Positions 41,884-52,124 are shown, counted from the stretch's first letter. The stretch is DNA of 64,000 nt from Spirochaetota bacterium (GCA_026415295.1 JAOAHJ010000002.1:7509-71508); one strand, 5' to 3'. A program made the numbers and translations. The notes: generated from the sequence alone by a model not told the origin.

Positions 41884-42360
41884 TTAAAAATCAAAATCTC
41901 TAATGTTCTTTGACAGGGATTCTATCTGGTCCCCAGAATATTTAAACAACCCCTCCCAATTTTCCAGAGACCAGATTTCAATTTTCTGAATTGCACCAAG
42001 TAAAACTACATCTTTGACGATTCCAGCATAATTTAAAAGAGGTTTTGGAATAGTAAATCTTCCCTGTTTATCAAGCTCAATATTTTTTGCAGGAAAAATA
42101 AAAAACCTCATAAAAAGCCTATCTTCCTTATTTTTATAAAGAAGATTTTCACTAAATTTTTTAATGACCTCTTCCCAATTTCCCTCTGGATATAAAAGTA
42201 AACATTTTTCAAAACCTCTAGTTATTACCCATCTTTCTTTGCCGGAATCAATATTTGAAGAATCCCCCTCCCCATCTTGATTTCTAAAAGTGGATGGTAA
42301 TATGATTCTTGACTTTTCATCAAGTGAACAAAAATATTCTCCATAAAATTTTTTTTCCAC
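41884..42360 (-). CDS. mraZ: Division/cell-wall cluster repressor MraZ (likely start GTG 42360 rather than 42390)
   Basis: FYGEY..SLDEKSR, LLLYP..W, LDKQGR and IEIW; first gene of the dcw cluster. Confidence 0.93.
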   Translation of the reverse strand: MEKKFYGEYFCSLDEKSRIILPSTFRNQDGEGDSSNIDSGKERWVITRGFEKCLLLYPEGNWEEVIKKFSENLLYKNKEDRLFMRFFIFPAKNIELDKQGRFTIPKPLLNYAGIVKDVVLLGAIQKIEIWSLENWEGLFKYSGDQIESLSKNIRDFDF

Positions 42361-42390
42361 AAATATCCACTTTAATCCACTTTTCTCCAC
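42351..42390 (-). promoter_or_regulatory. MraZ operator: four GTGGA direct repeats at 10-bp period
   Basis: Minus strand reads GTGGAGAAAA-GTGGATTAAA-GTGGATATTT-GTGGAAAAAA; TTGACA lies upstream at 42421-42416. Confidence 0.85.
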
Positions 42391-42611
42391 AAATTATTAT
42401 ATTTTAAATCTAATTTGTCAAGTAAAATTTTAAAAAATTTTCATTAATTTTTTTAAAATTTAATAATTTAAAAATAAATACTATTTATATCATCAAACTT
42501 AAAAGACAATTAAATAAATAATTTATTTTTTTCTTTAAATATTTTTTTTTTAAACTATTTATTAAAAAAAATAAATAATTTAATTAGATATTTTATTAAA
42601 AAGGAAAAAAA

Positions 42612-43514
42612 ATGGAGATTTTAAAATCGATATTTTTCTCTTTAGTTCAATCACTGACCGAATTTTTACCTGTATCATCTTCAGGGCACCTTTTGTTTTT
42701 TAAAAATATTTTAAATTTTGAAGAATATGGAATTTTTTATGATATTGTTTTGCACGCAGGTTCTCTTGTAGCTATTATATTTTTCTTTTACAAAGAAATA
42801 AAAGAATTAATATTAAATACTATAATAGAGTTGAAAGATTCTATAAAAAAAGATAAAAATGAAAAATTAGACATTAAAAACAAAAAATATAATATCCAAA
42901 AATTTTATATAAAGATAAATGAAACTTTTAATAAAAAAAATACAAAAATTCTTACTTTTTCAATTATTTCAACTTTTGTTACCTTTACCTTTTACATTAT
43001 ATTTAAAAAAATCTTTGATTATTTAATAGAAAATCCAAAAATTTTACCTTTTACTTTTTTAATAACAGCAATTTTAATATTTTTATCTTATTTATTTTCT
43101 AAAAATTATAAAAATGAAAGCTTTTTAAACATAAACAATAAGACATACTTTTTCCCTTTAATTATTGGATTCGTACAAGGTATAGCAATACTTCCCGGAG
43201 TTTCGAGATCTGGATCTACAATTTCAATGGCTTTAATTTTAAAAACAAACAAAAATGAGGCCTTCTTTTATTCTTTTTTATTATCCATTTATGCTATTGG
43301 GGGGAGTTTTTTATTTTCATTATTAGAATTAAAAGGATTTGAGCTTATAGTAAAATCCCCTTCAATATATATATATGGCTTTTTTTTCAGTTTTATTTTT
43401 AGTTTTTTAACACTAAAATTATTAAAATTTCTAATCAATAAAAATATATATTTCTATTTTTCTATTTATGTTTTAATCCTTTCATTTTTTAGTTTTTTAA
43501 GATTTTATTTTTAA
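42612..43514 (+). CDS. uppP: Undecaprenyl-diphosphate phosphatase
   Basis: QSLTEFLPVSSSGHL, LHAGS and PGVSRSGSTI. Confidence 0.95.
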   Translation: MEILKSIFFSLVQSLTEFLPVSSSGHLLFFKNILNFEEYGIFYDIVLHAGSLVAIIFFFYKEIKELILNTIIELKDSIKKDKNEKLDIKNKKYNIQKFYIKINETFNKKNTKILTFSIISTFVTFTFYIIFKKIFDYLIENPKILPFTFLITAILIFLSYLFSKNYKNESFLNINNKTYFFPLIIGFVQGIAILPGVSRSGSTISMALILKTNKNEAFFYSFLLSIYAIGGSFLFSLLELKGFELIVKSPSIYIYGFFFSFIFSFLTLKLLKFLINKNIYFYFSIYVLILSFFSFLRFYF

Positions 43515-43706
43515 TTAAATTTTCATAAATAAAATCTAATCTTTTACCACTATTATTTTTAATATTAATTTCATTTTTAACTTTTTTTATTATTTCTGAA
43601 TGTAATTTATTAATCTCATTATGAAAAACATCACTTTGATTTTCTTCTTCTTTTTCAAAAGTTATTCTAAACTTTGGATTATATTTTAAATTATTTCTTA
43701 CTACAT
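43489..43706 (-). pseudogene. Small gene apparently frameshifted right after its ATG
   Basis: AAGGGG, 6 nt, then ATG at 43706 followed immediately by TAG. The adjacent frame is stop-free for 75 codons (43716-43489). Confidence 0.4.
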
Positions 43707-44331
43707 TAAGGTCCCCTTAAATATATTTAAAAGTAAATTAAGATCATTATCTATATTAATTATATTTAAGTTAAAATTTGATTCAAAATCTTTGAGCTTT
43801 TTTGCTTAGGTACCTATTTTTAATCTTAGCAGTATCTTTTAGTATAAATATCTTAAAATATTTTAATATTTTATTTTTATTGAACTCTTCAAATTTTAGA
43901 CAATTACATATATTATCAAATGCTTTTTTGAATTAGTCTTATAGAAAGATTAAGATCTTTTTTTAATGATCCTTAAGATTCTAAATCTATTAATATATTT
44001 TTCTAAGGGATTATCAAATATATTATAAATTAAATCTTTTCTTACTTTTTTTAAATTTAATGAAAAAAATTTAATTAATTTAATAAAAAAATAATTGATA
44101 ATAGTTTAAATTAACAAAATTATTAGAGTCTAAATCTTCTATAGAAATATTGATTAAAAATCTTTTTTTCTTAAATTCTATTTATCCACCTTATTTTTTA
44201 TTTTCTTTATTTATAATAATCCATATATAAGACAAATTTTGTCATACAAATAATTTTTTTTTAAAATTTTCTCTTTAAATTTTTTATTATTAATTTAAGT
44301 TTCTCTAAATAAAAAGAGTTTCACTTAATAT

Positions 44332-45351
44332 TTGATGGAAGTTAAAAATAATGAAAATTTAAAAATTAATATTTTAAATTCTGGATCAAATGGAAATTCA
44401 ATTATAATTGAAAATTGCTCATACAATATTATTATTGATATTGGAATCTCAAAAAGAAATTTTTTAAATATATCAAAAAAACTAAAAATAAATTTAAATA
44501 AAAGAAATTTTTTATTTATTACACATTTTCATGATGATCATGTAAAAGGACTTCCTTATTTAATAGAAGATATAAAACCTATAATATTCATTTCTGATAA
44601 AAACAATTTTTTAATTAATATAGAAAATTTTATTAAAACTAACAAAAGCAACAAATGTGCAGAAAAATTATTACAATTTACAAAAAAAAATTACATATTT
44701 GTTTTTGAATTTAATAAAAAAAATTTATTAAAAAATATTAACAATTTTTATTTTATTCCAATTCAAACATATCATGATGACAATAAATCTTCATGTTTCT
44801 TTTTTAATATTGAAGGAGTAAATATTTTTTACCTTACTGATACTGGTAAAATAGACAGTCAAATGCACAATCTTGGTTTTATTTCAGATTTAATATTTTT
44901 AGAATCAAACTATGATGAAAATATGCTAATTAATGGAACATACCCTATAAACCTTAAGAAAAGAATAATTTCAGATTTTGGTCACCTTTCTAATAAACAA
45001 TCTATTGAATTTATTAAATATTTACTAAACATGAATTTTATTAATTTAAATAAAAATAATATTAATAACAACAAAAATAATAATAATTCAATAAATATTA
45101 AAAATATAGATACAATAAAAGAATTCAATTACAAAACTTTTTTATTGTGTCACATAAGTGAAAATAATAATAATATTGAGAGTATAAAAAAAGAAATTTT
45201 GGAAAATCTTGATATTTATGAAAATATAAACAATTTAAATTATAAAAACAACAAATTTGAAATTAATATTATAGAAAGAAATAAATATTATTCTTTTTAT
45301 TATAAAAAAAATGAAAAAAAAATAACAGATTTTTTAGTTTTTAATGACTAA
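44332..45351 (+). CDS. MBL-fold metallo-hydrolase (YycJ/WalJ-like)
   Basis: SGSNGNS, IDIG, THFHDDH, HD, TDTG, LESNYD, GHLSN and HISENNN. Confidence 0.9.
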   Translation: MMEVKNNENLKINILNSGSNGNSIIIENCSYNIIIDIGISKRNFLNISKKLKINLNKRNFLFITHFHDDHVKGLPYLIEDIKPIIFISDKNNFLINIENFIKTNKSNKCAEKLLQFTKKNYIFVFEFNKKNLLKNINNFYFIPIQTYHDDNKSSCFFFNIEGVNIFYLTDTGKIDSQMHNLGFISDLIFLESNYDENMLINGTYPINLKKRIISDFGHLSNKQSIEFIKYLLNMNFINLNKNNINNNKNNNNSINIKNIDTIKEFNYKTFLLCHISENNNNIESIKKEILENLDIYENINNLNYKNNKFEINIIERNKYYSFYYKKNEKKITDFLVFND

Positions 45352-45442
45352 ATTATTATTTTTTTTGATTAAAAAAAATTAATATTATTAGTTAATATTT
45401 TTTCAATAAAACCTCTATTTTTTAAAAATAAATTTTTTTTAA

Positions 45443-46306
45443 TCAATTATCAATTTTTTCAGCAACTATACACATAACATCGCCAAAATTAAATTTTTTT
45501 GCTAAAACATCTACCAACTTTTTTATTTTTTTATATTTAAATCCAACAGGTATAAATCCCCATGATTCTTGAAAATATGGATTAAAGCCAGTTTTTTTTA
45601 ACATATTAATAATTGTTTTTTTTGTAAATAATACTAAATGATCTGGAATTGCAGATCTCCAACTTTTTTTGTATATATAAAATGCAGGAGAATCTAATCT
45701 TGGAGTAGTAATAATTATTGAACCTCCAGGTTTTAATATTCTTTTTACTTCAAACAAAAAAGACATAGGATCTTTTAAATGTTCTATTAAATGTGAAAAA
45801 TGTATTATATCATAATAATTAGATGGTAGCTTAGCATTTTCAAGAGTATCATTGATAACATTTACTTCAAAATTCGTTTTAGCAAATTCAGCTGATTCTT
45901 TACATAACTCAATGCCTAGTTCTTCCATACCAAGATCTTTAAAATATCTTAAAAGTAAACCAGTAGCACTTCCAATATCTAAAACCTTTTTTCCTTTTAA
46001 TGGAGCAAATCTATTTTCAAAATCAATATCTTTAAGAGTCAATCTTTGTAAATGATGAAAATTCTGATGATTTTTAATCTCATATTCAAAATATTTTTCA
46101 TCATATCTATTTTTTAAGTGTTCAAATTCTGGTTGCAATTCTTGAAAAACAAGGTTGCAATTCTGGCATTTTACATAATAAAATTTATCAAGATTTAAAA
46201 AAAGTTTCTTTCTTTCAGATCCACAAAAAGGACAATTTTTAATCTCCATTCTTTCATTTTCTCTTATATTATTCCTCATATAAATATCTTCATTAAGCTT
46301 TTCCAT
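45443..46306 (-). CDS. Class I SAM-dependent methyltransferase with N-terminal Zn ribbon
   Basis: CPFC..CQNC, VLDIGSATG, HLIEHL and LKPGG. Confidence 0.9.
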   Translation of the reverse strand: MEKLNEDIYMRNNIRENERMEIKNCPFCGSERKKLFLNLDKFYYVKCQNCNLVFQELQPEFEHLKNRYDEKYFEYEIKNHQNFHHLQRLTLKDIDFENRFAPLKGKKVLDIGSATGLLLRYFKDLGMEELGIELCKESAEFAKTNFEVNVINDTLENAKLPSNYYDIIHFSHLIEHLKDPMSFLFEVKRILKPGGSIIITTPRLDSPAFYIYKKSWRSAIPDHLVLFTKKTIINMLKKTGFNPYFQESWGFIPVGFKYKKIKKLVDVLAKKFNFGDVMCIVAEKIDN

Positions 46307-46381
46307 CTTTATCCTCTTTCATAATATAATAAATAATGCATATAAAAAAATATACTTTCAAAAATTAATATAAATAATTAA

Positions 46382-48328
46382 TTACTGTTTTTTAATAACA
46401 ACAAAGTATCCATTTAAAATTTTCGAATATATTCCAGTTTTCTCAAATTTAATTCTTGAAGCTTTCTGAGATACTTCTATTATTTCTCCATTCGCTTGAA
46501 TATTATTATTATCATATAAAAAAGAAAATTCTTTATCTTTTAATTTCAACTCTTTGTTGTTTAATATTATTACTTTATCTCCTTTCTTTATCCCATTTTC
46601 ATATCCAACATTAATAATAGCCTCATTCCCTTCAACTTTTATAATCTCTGCTCTTAAAGGTATAAGTTCATTTATTAAAGTATAAAAATAATATATATTA
46701 TCAAGCAAAGCAAACTCACTCTTATAATAAATTCTCTTTGAAAACATTGTTTGAAGGTTTGAAGTATTAATTATCTTAAAATTAATGTCAACATCCTCTA
46801 TTAAATTATATACTTCAAAAATCATACCAAGTTCAATTTTATTTTGAAGTGCATATTTTGATAATGATTCTAAAGAATTAAATTTACCATTTACAAAAAT
46901 AATATTAAAATTCTTTGCATATAATTTTATAATATCATAAATGTATTTCTGTAAATATGTAAGTTGAAATTCATCATACTTAATGTCATCTTTAATATAC
47001 AAAAATATTCCTAAATTTATTTTTGTTTTAGTAAATACTTCACTATCAGGACTTAAATTATATTTGGATTCAATCATATTTTTAATATATTTTTGGAGAA
47101 TTTCTTTATTTTTTTGAAAGGTTTGAATTCCAAAAGCTTCTAATAAAATATACTGTTCAAGTTGCTCAAATATTAAGTTTTTTGTTTTTAAAATATTTAA
47201 ATAAAAATTTCTATAATCTAGATTTGAAGGCTCAAGTAATGTAGCAACTTTAATAAAAAATTCTCCCTGATTTACGTAACCACTTCTATAAAAATATTGT
47301 CCCCATTTAAAAACATCTTTTGAAATCTCTTTCCTTAAATTTATGTTTAGTTCTCTGTTATCAATAAGTATCTCCCTTAAAACATTAGAAAGTAACTCAT
47401 CACCTTTATAAACATTAAGACTCTGTTGAATTACATCAATTGCTTTATCAAACAATTTATTATTGATATAAAGATCTATTAAAGGCCATATATAATCAAG
47501 ATTTTGTGGATCTTTTTTTATAAGATATTCAAATATTTCTATACTTCTTTGTAAATTTCCATTAAATTTAGCAAGTTTCCCCTCATATTCCATAGCAATT
47601 TCATTTTCTGGATTAATTTTATATAAAGTTTGAAGATAGAAATAAGCATTCTGGTAGTCTGCTTTCTCCCAAAAAAAATTTATAAGTTCTTCATATATCT
47701 CTTCTTCATAAGGGGCAAGATTAATAGCTTTTTGCAAAAAATTTACAGCAAAATTTTTTGAGCCAGTATTGTAATAAAATTTATAAAGTAATAAATAAGT
47801 TTTCCAATCATTTGGGTAATCTTTTAATATATTATTATATATATTCAAAGCTTGAGGAAGATATCCCTGTTTATAGTATATATCTGCTTCAAGATAATAA
47901 ACATCAAGAAAAGTAGGTTTTAATTTTTTAATTTTGTTAATATAACTAAAAGCTTTTTCAAAATTACCTGTATTTGAATATGTTAAGGCAATATAATAAA
48001 GCAATAGATGATCAGTAGATACAAGTTTTTCAGCTTTGAGAAAATATTCTAGACTTAAATTAAAATTTTTTAAATTATAATAAGACAAACCTAGATAAAA
48101 AATAGCATCATAATAGTTTGGGTTTTCAGAAATTGAATTTAAGAAAAACTCAATAGCTTTCATATAATTTTTTTCATTATATGCTAGTAAACCTTTATTA
48201 AAAGATTCCAAAGGCGAAGCAATTAAAAAATTATATATAAAAAAAAAGAACAATAATAGCATAACAATTTTTCCTCTGTATTTATATCTAAAAATAGTAT
48301 TCTTATGAAGAATATATAATTTTTCCAT
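46382..48328 (-). CDS. Exported multi-TPR protein with C-terminal beta domain
   Basis: Signal-like helix, about 8 TPR motifs, and C-terminal AIINVG..GIKKGD..GEIIEV. Confidence 0.85.
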   Translation of the reverse strand: MEKLYILHKNTIFRYKYRGKIVMLLLFFFFIYNFLIASPLESFNKGLLAYNEKNYMKAIEFFLNSISENPNYYDAIFYLGLSYYNLKNFNLSLEYFLKAEKLVSTDHLLLYYIALTYSNTGNFEKAFSYINKIKKLKPTFLDVYYLEADIYYKQGYLPQALNIYNNILKDYPNDWKTYLLLYKFYYNTGSKNFAVNFLQKAINLAPYEEEIYEELINFFWEKADYQNAYFYLQTLYKINPENEIAMEYEGKLAKFNGNLQRSIEIFEYLIKKDPQNLDYIWPLIDLYINNKLFDKAIDVIQQSLNVYKGDELLSNVLREILIDNRELNINLRKEISKDVFKWGQYFYRSGYVNQGEFFIKVATLLEPSNLDYRNFYLNILKTKNLIFEQLEQYILLEAFGIQTFQKNKEILQKYIKNMIESKYNLSPDSEVFTKTKINLGIFLYIKDDIKYDEFQLTYLQKYIYDIIKLYAKNFNIIFVNGKFNSLESLSKYALQNKIELGMIFEVYNLIEDVDINFKIINTSNLQTMFSKRIYYKSEFALLDNIYYFYTLINELIPLRAEIIKVEGNEAIINVGYENGIKKGDKVIILNNKELKLKDKEFSFLYDNNNIQANGEIIEVSQKASRIKFEKTGIYSKILNGYFVVIKKQ

Positions 48329-48370
48329 ATAAATATTCCTTAAAATAAATTTATAAAGAAAAATTCAAAA

Positions 48371-50401
48371 TTAAGGATTTATGATTTTCATATAATATCC
48401 AAGCCAATTTTTCCCCACTCTACCATTATAATTTACTTCAACCATAACTTTTCTAAAAAAATCTTCTTTATAAATAAAAGGAGATTTGTAATAAACAATA
48501 TAACATGGAGATTGATAATTTATAAATTTTAATAACACCTTTTGAGCATTGAAAAGATCATCACCTTCATAAAAAGCCCCCCCTGTTTTAGAAGCAAGCT
48601 CTTTTAAAAATGTCTTTCCATTTCCATCTCCAATATAAAAAACATATACAGGGATATAATTTATCTTTGCATAATTTATTATATCATTCTGAGAATAGTA
48701 AAGAAAAGAATCATTCTTATAATTACCATCAGTTATGTAAATAATACCACCTTTTAAATATTTTTGAAAAAAAGAAGTAATAGAAGAATATAAATTTCTA
48801 TCACTATTTTTATAATCAGAATAATTCTCCTCTTTTTTCACCTGATCAAATATTTTTAATTTATCATTACTAAAATTTACAATTTGATTTGTTAAATTTG
48901 AAAGAAAAAAATTATATTTTATCATATTTTCATCAGAGTTAAATATTTGAGTTAATATAGAAACAATTTTATCTATTTTATTCTTCATTGTTGGAAAACT
49001 ATCAATAACTATTGAAAGACTTTTAAAATCATCCCTAAGATAAGAAAATTCAGTTGACAGTCTTGTTATCTTACTGTCATACTCCCAAAATGAAAAATTA
49101 TTATCAGTAAGACCATAGATTGTATTTCCAAATTGATCCTTAACAGAAACATAAGCAACAACAAGAGGCCAACTTCTAATATCTATTCTTTCAAGCTTCA
49201 CATCCAAGTTAAGATACAAAGCATTTCTTGGAACAAAGTAAACTATTTCTGCTCTGTATGGATCTGTTACTATTAAATTTTGATTCTTATCTATCAAAAT
49301 GTAATAGGGATCAAAAAATTCATAATTACCTATTTCAACCTTATCAATTGTTTTCAATTCAAAATTATAAATGTATATTTCCTTGTTGTCTAATATATAT
49401 AGATATTTATCAAAAAAAAGAGTTAATCCCTTTGGCGATTTAAGTACATTTTCTCCTATTGAATATATATAATTTCCCCATAAATCAAAAACATCTACTC
49501 TTTTATTATAATTATTACTTATATACAATACTTTTCTAGTAGAATCAAACACAATATCAATAGGTTTAAAAAATTTACCATACTCTTCACCATACTCTCC
49601 AAAATAAAATAAAAAATTTCCATCTTTATCAAATTTAACTACTCTATTGTTACCTTGATCAATACAATAAATTTGTCCTTCATTGTCTATTGCAATACCT
49701 GCTGGTCCATTCAATATACTTTTTTTATTATTGTCCAAACCTATTTTTTTTAGTATTGTCCCATTTTTTGTCAATTTATAAATTACATTATTTTTATAGT
49801 CAGAGACATACATTGTATTATCATTTTCATTAAATACAACATCATAAGGGTAACCTAAAAACTTTCCAAAAATATTTATTGACCTTTTAACTTCCCCATT
49901 TACAAGTTCCATAACAGAATAAGCTCTATGAGATGCAAAATATACATTATTTCTTGGATCTACATCAAGACCAAGAGGCCAAATAAAAAAGCTATCTTTT
50001 AATTTTTTGCCATTTATCTTTGAAAAAAAAGTAAATTGATCTATTTTTATATCTTTTGTTAATTTACCTTCTTGAAACATTATATTATTTACCATATTTT
50101 CAAGCTGTTGATCCTCAAATCCAAGCTCTTTTAAATTTTGCCATTCTACTAAAGCATTTTGAATAAATCCTGATTTATAATAACTCCATCCAAGAAAATA
50201 TCTTGCAAGAAAATCTTTCGGATTAAAAGATACCGATTTTTTTAAAGCAAGAATTGCTTGTTGATAAAATTCACTATTATAAAAAAGGATTCCTTCTTTA
50301 CGATTAATGTCTGCTTTTACTAAATCAGCATTATTTTGAGAAATAAAAAATAATGATATAAAAACTAAAAATAAAAATTTTAATAGATTACCCCTTTTCA
50401 A
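48371..50401 (-). CDS. Exported TPR + NHL beta-propeller + vWA-like protein
   Basis: N-terminal TPRs; NHL repeats (WPLGLDVD, PYDVVF, GPAGIAID, KPIDI, SPKGL); vWA-like IVID...IYITDG...LKELASKTGG. Confidence 0.85.
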   Translation of the reverse strand: MKRGNLLKFLFLVFISLFFISQNNADLVKADINRKEGILFYNSEFYQQAILALKKSVSFNPKDFLARYFLGWSYYKSGFIQNALVEWQNLKELGFEDQQLENMVNNIMFQEGKLTKDIKIDQFTFFSKINGKKLKDSFFIWPLGLDVDPRNNVYFASHRAYSVMELVNGEVKRSINIFGKFLGYPYDVVFNENDNTMYVSDYKNNVIYKLTKNGTILKKIGLDNNKKSILNGPAGIAIDNEGQIYCIDQGNNRVVKFDKDGNFLFYFGEYGEEYGKFFKPIDIVFDSTRKVLYISNNYNKRVDVFDLWGNYIYSIGENVLKSPKGLTLFFDKYLYILDNKEIYIYNFELKTIDKVEIGNYEFFDPYYILIDKNQNLIVTDPYRAEIVYFVPRNALYLNLDVKLERIDIRSWPLVVAYVSVKDQFGNTIYGLTDNNFSFWEYDSKITRLSTEFSYLRDDFKSLSIVIDSFPTMKNKIDKIVSILTQIFNSDENMIKYNFFLSNLTNQIVNFSNDKLKIFDQVKKEENYSDYKNSDRNLYSSITSFFQKYLKGGIIYITDGNYKNDSFLYYSQNDIINYAKINYIPVYVFYIGDGNGKTFLKELASKTGGAFYEGDDLFNAQKVLLKFINYQSPCYIVYYKSPFIYKEDFFRKVMVEVNYNGRVGKNWLGYYMKIINP

Positions 50402-50726
50402 TTCCCCCTCCCATAATTAAAATAAAAAGATAGCCTTTATAAGAAAAATAAATTTTCAAAAAAAAATAACAAATCTTTTATTGCATCATTACAAAATATA
50501 TTATAATCAATAAACAATTCATTATTAAAAAACACAATATAAAAAAATAATTAAGCTCTAAATTTCTAATAATATTTAAATAAAATTAAAAAATATTTAT
50601 AAATCTATATAATTCACACATTATAATAATACAAATTTTTTAAAAGTAAATACAAAAAATAAAAGTTGAAAAAAGAATTTAATGTTCTAATATTTTATAA
50701 AGAAAAAAAATAAAAAAGGGGAAAAA

Positions 50727-51890
50727 ATGAAAAAAATAAAATTTTTTATCTTTATTTTTCTATTATCTCTTTCCAGTTTAATGTTTGCACAAAGTTTTAC
50801 TCAGGTTAATGTTACTATTACAGCTAATGTTACAGCTCAAGTTTACTTAAATGGACAATATAGAGGAAATACCCCCTTAACTCTAACACTTCAAGTAGGA
50901 AGATATTCATTAAAACTTGTTGCAAATGGTTATCAAACCCTTGAAACTTCTATTGAAGTTAAACAAACAGGTTCAAATACTTTTAATTTTAATCTTATTC
51001 CAATTTCTCAACCAGTACAAACTCCACAGCCACAACCTCAACAAACTGGTTATGGAACTCTAATTGTAACAGCTGATTATCCATCTTATGTTTACATAAA
51101 TAATGTAAGATATGGTGAAACTCCTTTTAACAAATCTGTTGCTGCAGGAACATATACACTTGTTGTAGAACCAAAAGATAAAAAGTATCCTGCACAAACT
51201 AGAACTATAACTATAATAGCTAATCAAACGACATCAGTTACAATTCAGTTTGTTGTAGCTCAAAAATACTCCATTACAATTGAAACAAATGTGTCATGTG
51301 AAGTTTATATTAATGGGCAAATTGTTGGAAATACTCCTATCAATATAAATCTTGAAGAGGGAACCTATAACTTAAGACTTGTACCAAGGGTATCTGGCTA
51401 TCAAGAAATGACAACTACCATAAATGTAAATTCAAACAATAGATTTTATTTTACATTACAACAATCAACCTTTAATATTGGTATAAGCACTAATGTTCAA
51501 TGCGATGTTTATATTAATGGTAGACTTGTAGGTACATCACCATTAAATATAAGCTTAACTAGTGGAACATATTCTTTAAGATTAGTTCCTAAAGTTGCTG
51601 GTTATCAAGAACTAAATACTTCATTTACAGTTACCCAAAACAATAATTTTGTATTTACTTTAGAAGCTATTAAAGTTGCTATTAAAATAAATTTGCCACC
51701 TTCAGCTCAATTATATATTAATGGAGAAAAAATTAATTGGAATGCAAAAGATAATATTATTTATTTAGCTCCTGGTAAATATAAAATTAAAATTACTTAT
51801 CATGACTTTGTTATAGAAAAAGAAATTACCATTGAGATGGGGAAATCAATTAGTATAAGCTTAATAATGGATATGGTAATTTCATATTAA
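50727..51890 (+). CDS. PEGA-domain repeat protein (exported)
   Basis: Signal peptide; repeats VYLNGQYRGNTP, VYINNVRYGETP, VYINGQIVGNTP, VYINGRLVGTSP plus a fifth; Q/P-rich linker. Confidence 0.9.
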   Translation: MKKIKFFIFIFLLSLSSLMFAQSFTQVNVTITANVTAQVYLNGQYRGNTPLTLTLQVGRYSLKLVANGYQTLETSIEVKQTGSNTFNFNLIPISQPVQTPQPQPQQTGYGTLIVTADYPSYVYINNVRYGETPFNKSVAAGTYTLVVEPKDKKYPAQTRTITIIANQTTSVTIQFVVAQKYSITIETNVSCEVYINGQIVGNTPININLEEGTYNLRLVPRVSGYQEMTTTINVNSNNRFYFTLQQSTFNIGISTNVQCDVYINGRLVGTSPLNISLTSGTYSLRLVPKVAGYQELNTSFTVTQNNNFVFTLEAIKVAIKINLPPSAQLYINGEKINWNAKDNIIYLAPGKYKIKITYHDFVIEKEITIEMGKSISISLIMDMVISY

Positions 51891-51895
51891 TTAAT

Positions 51896-51960
51896 ATTTA
51901 ATTTAATTTAATTTAATTTAATTTATTTTATTTTATTTTAGTATATTTTATTTTATTTAA
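51896..51960. repeat. Pentanucleotide tandem array (ATTTA)6 then mostly (TTTTA)n
   Basis: About 13 pentamer units directly after the PEGA stop codon. Confidence 0.65.
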
Positions 51961-51978
51961 TATAAAATTATTAAATTT

Positions 51979-52023
51979 AAGGAAGCAGTAAGAAAGATTA
52001 ATTTCTCTTCTGCTTCCTTTTTT
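51979..52023 (+). terminator. Intrinsic terminator after the PEGA gene
   Basis: AAGGAAGCAG...CTGCTTCCTT followed by a T run. Confidence 0.8.
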
Positions 52024-52124
52024 AATTTATTAAATTTTATTTTTTTAAAATATTAAAATTAATTTATTTTAATTTTTTTTATGATATAAAATCTTTAAAA
52101 AAGAGGAATGTAAACTATTTATTT

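Noticed and set aside
42351..42390. GTGGA repeats as a CRISPR array, iteron or VNTR
   Set aside because: A 10-bp period with 5-bp cores directly before mraZ matches the known MraZ operator; there are no spacers or cas genes.
43919..44190. Shine-Dalgarno-like AAGGTGG followed by ATA and coding-looking fragments on the minus strand
   Set aside because: The frame breaks at two homopolymer runs, has no canonical start and no recognisable motif. It may be a decayed gene but is not supportable.
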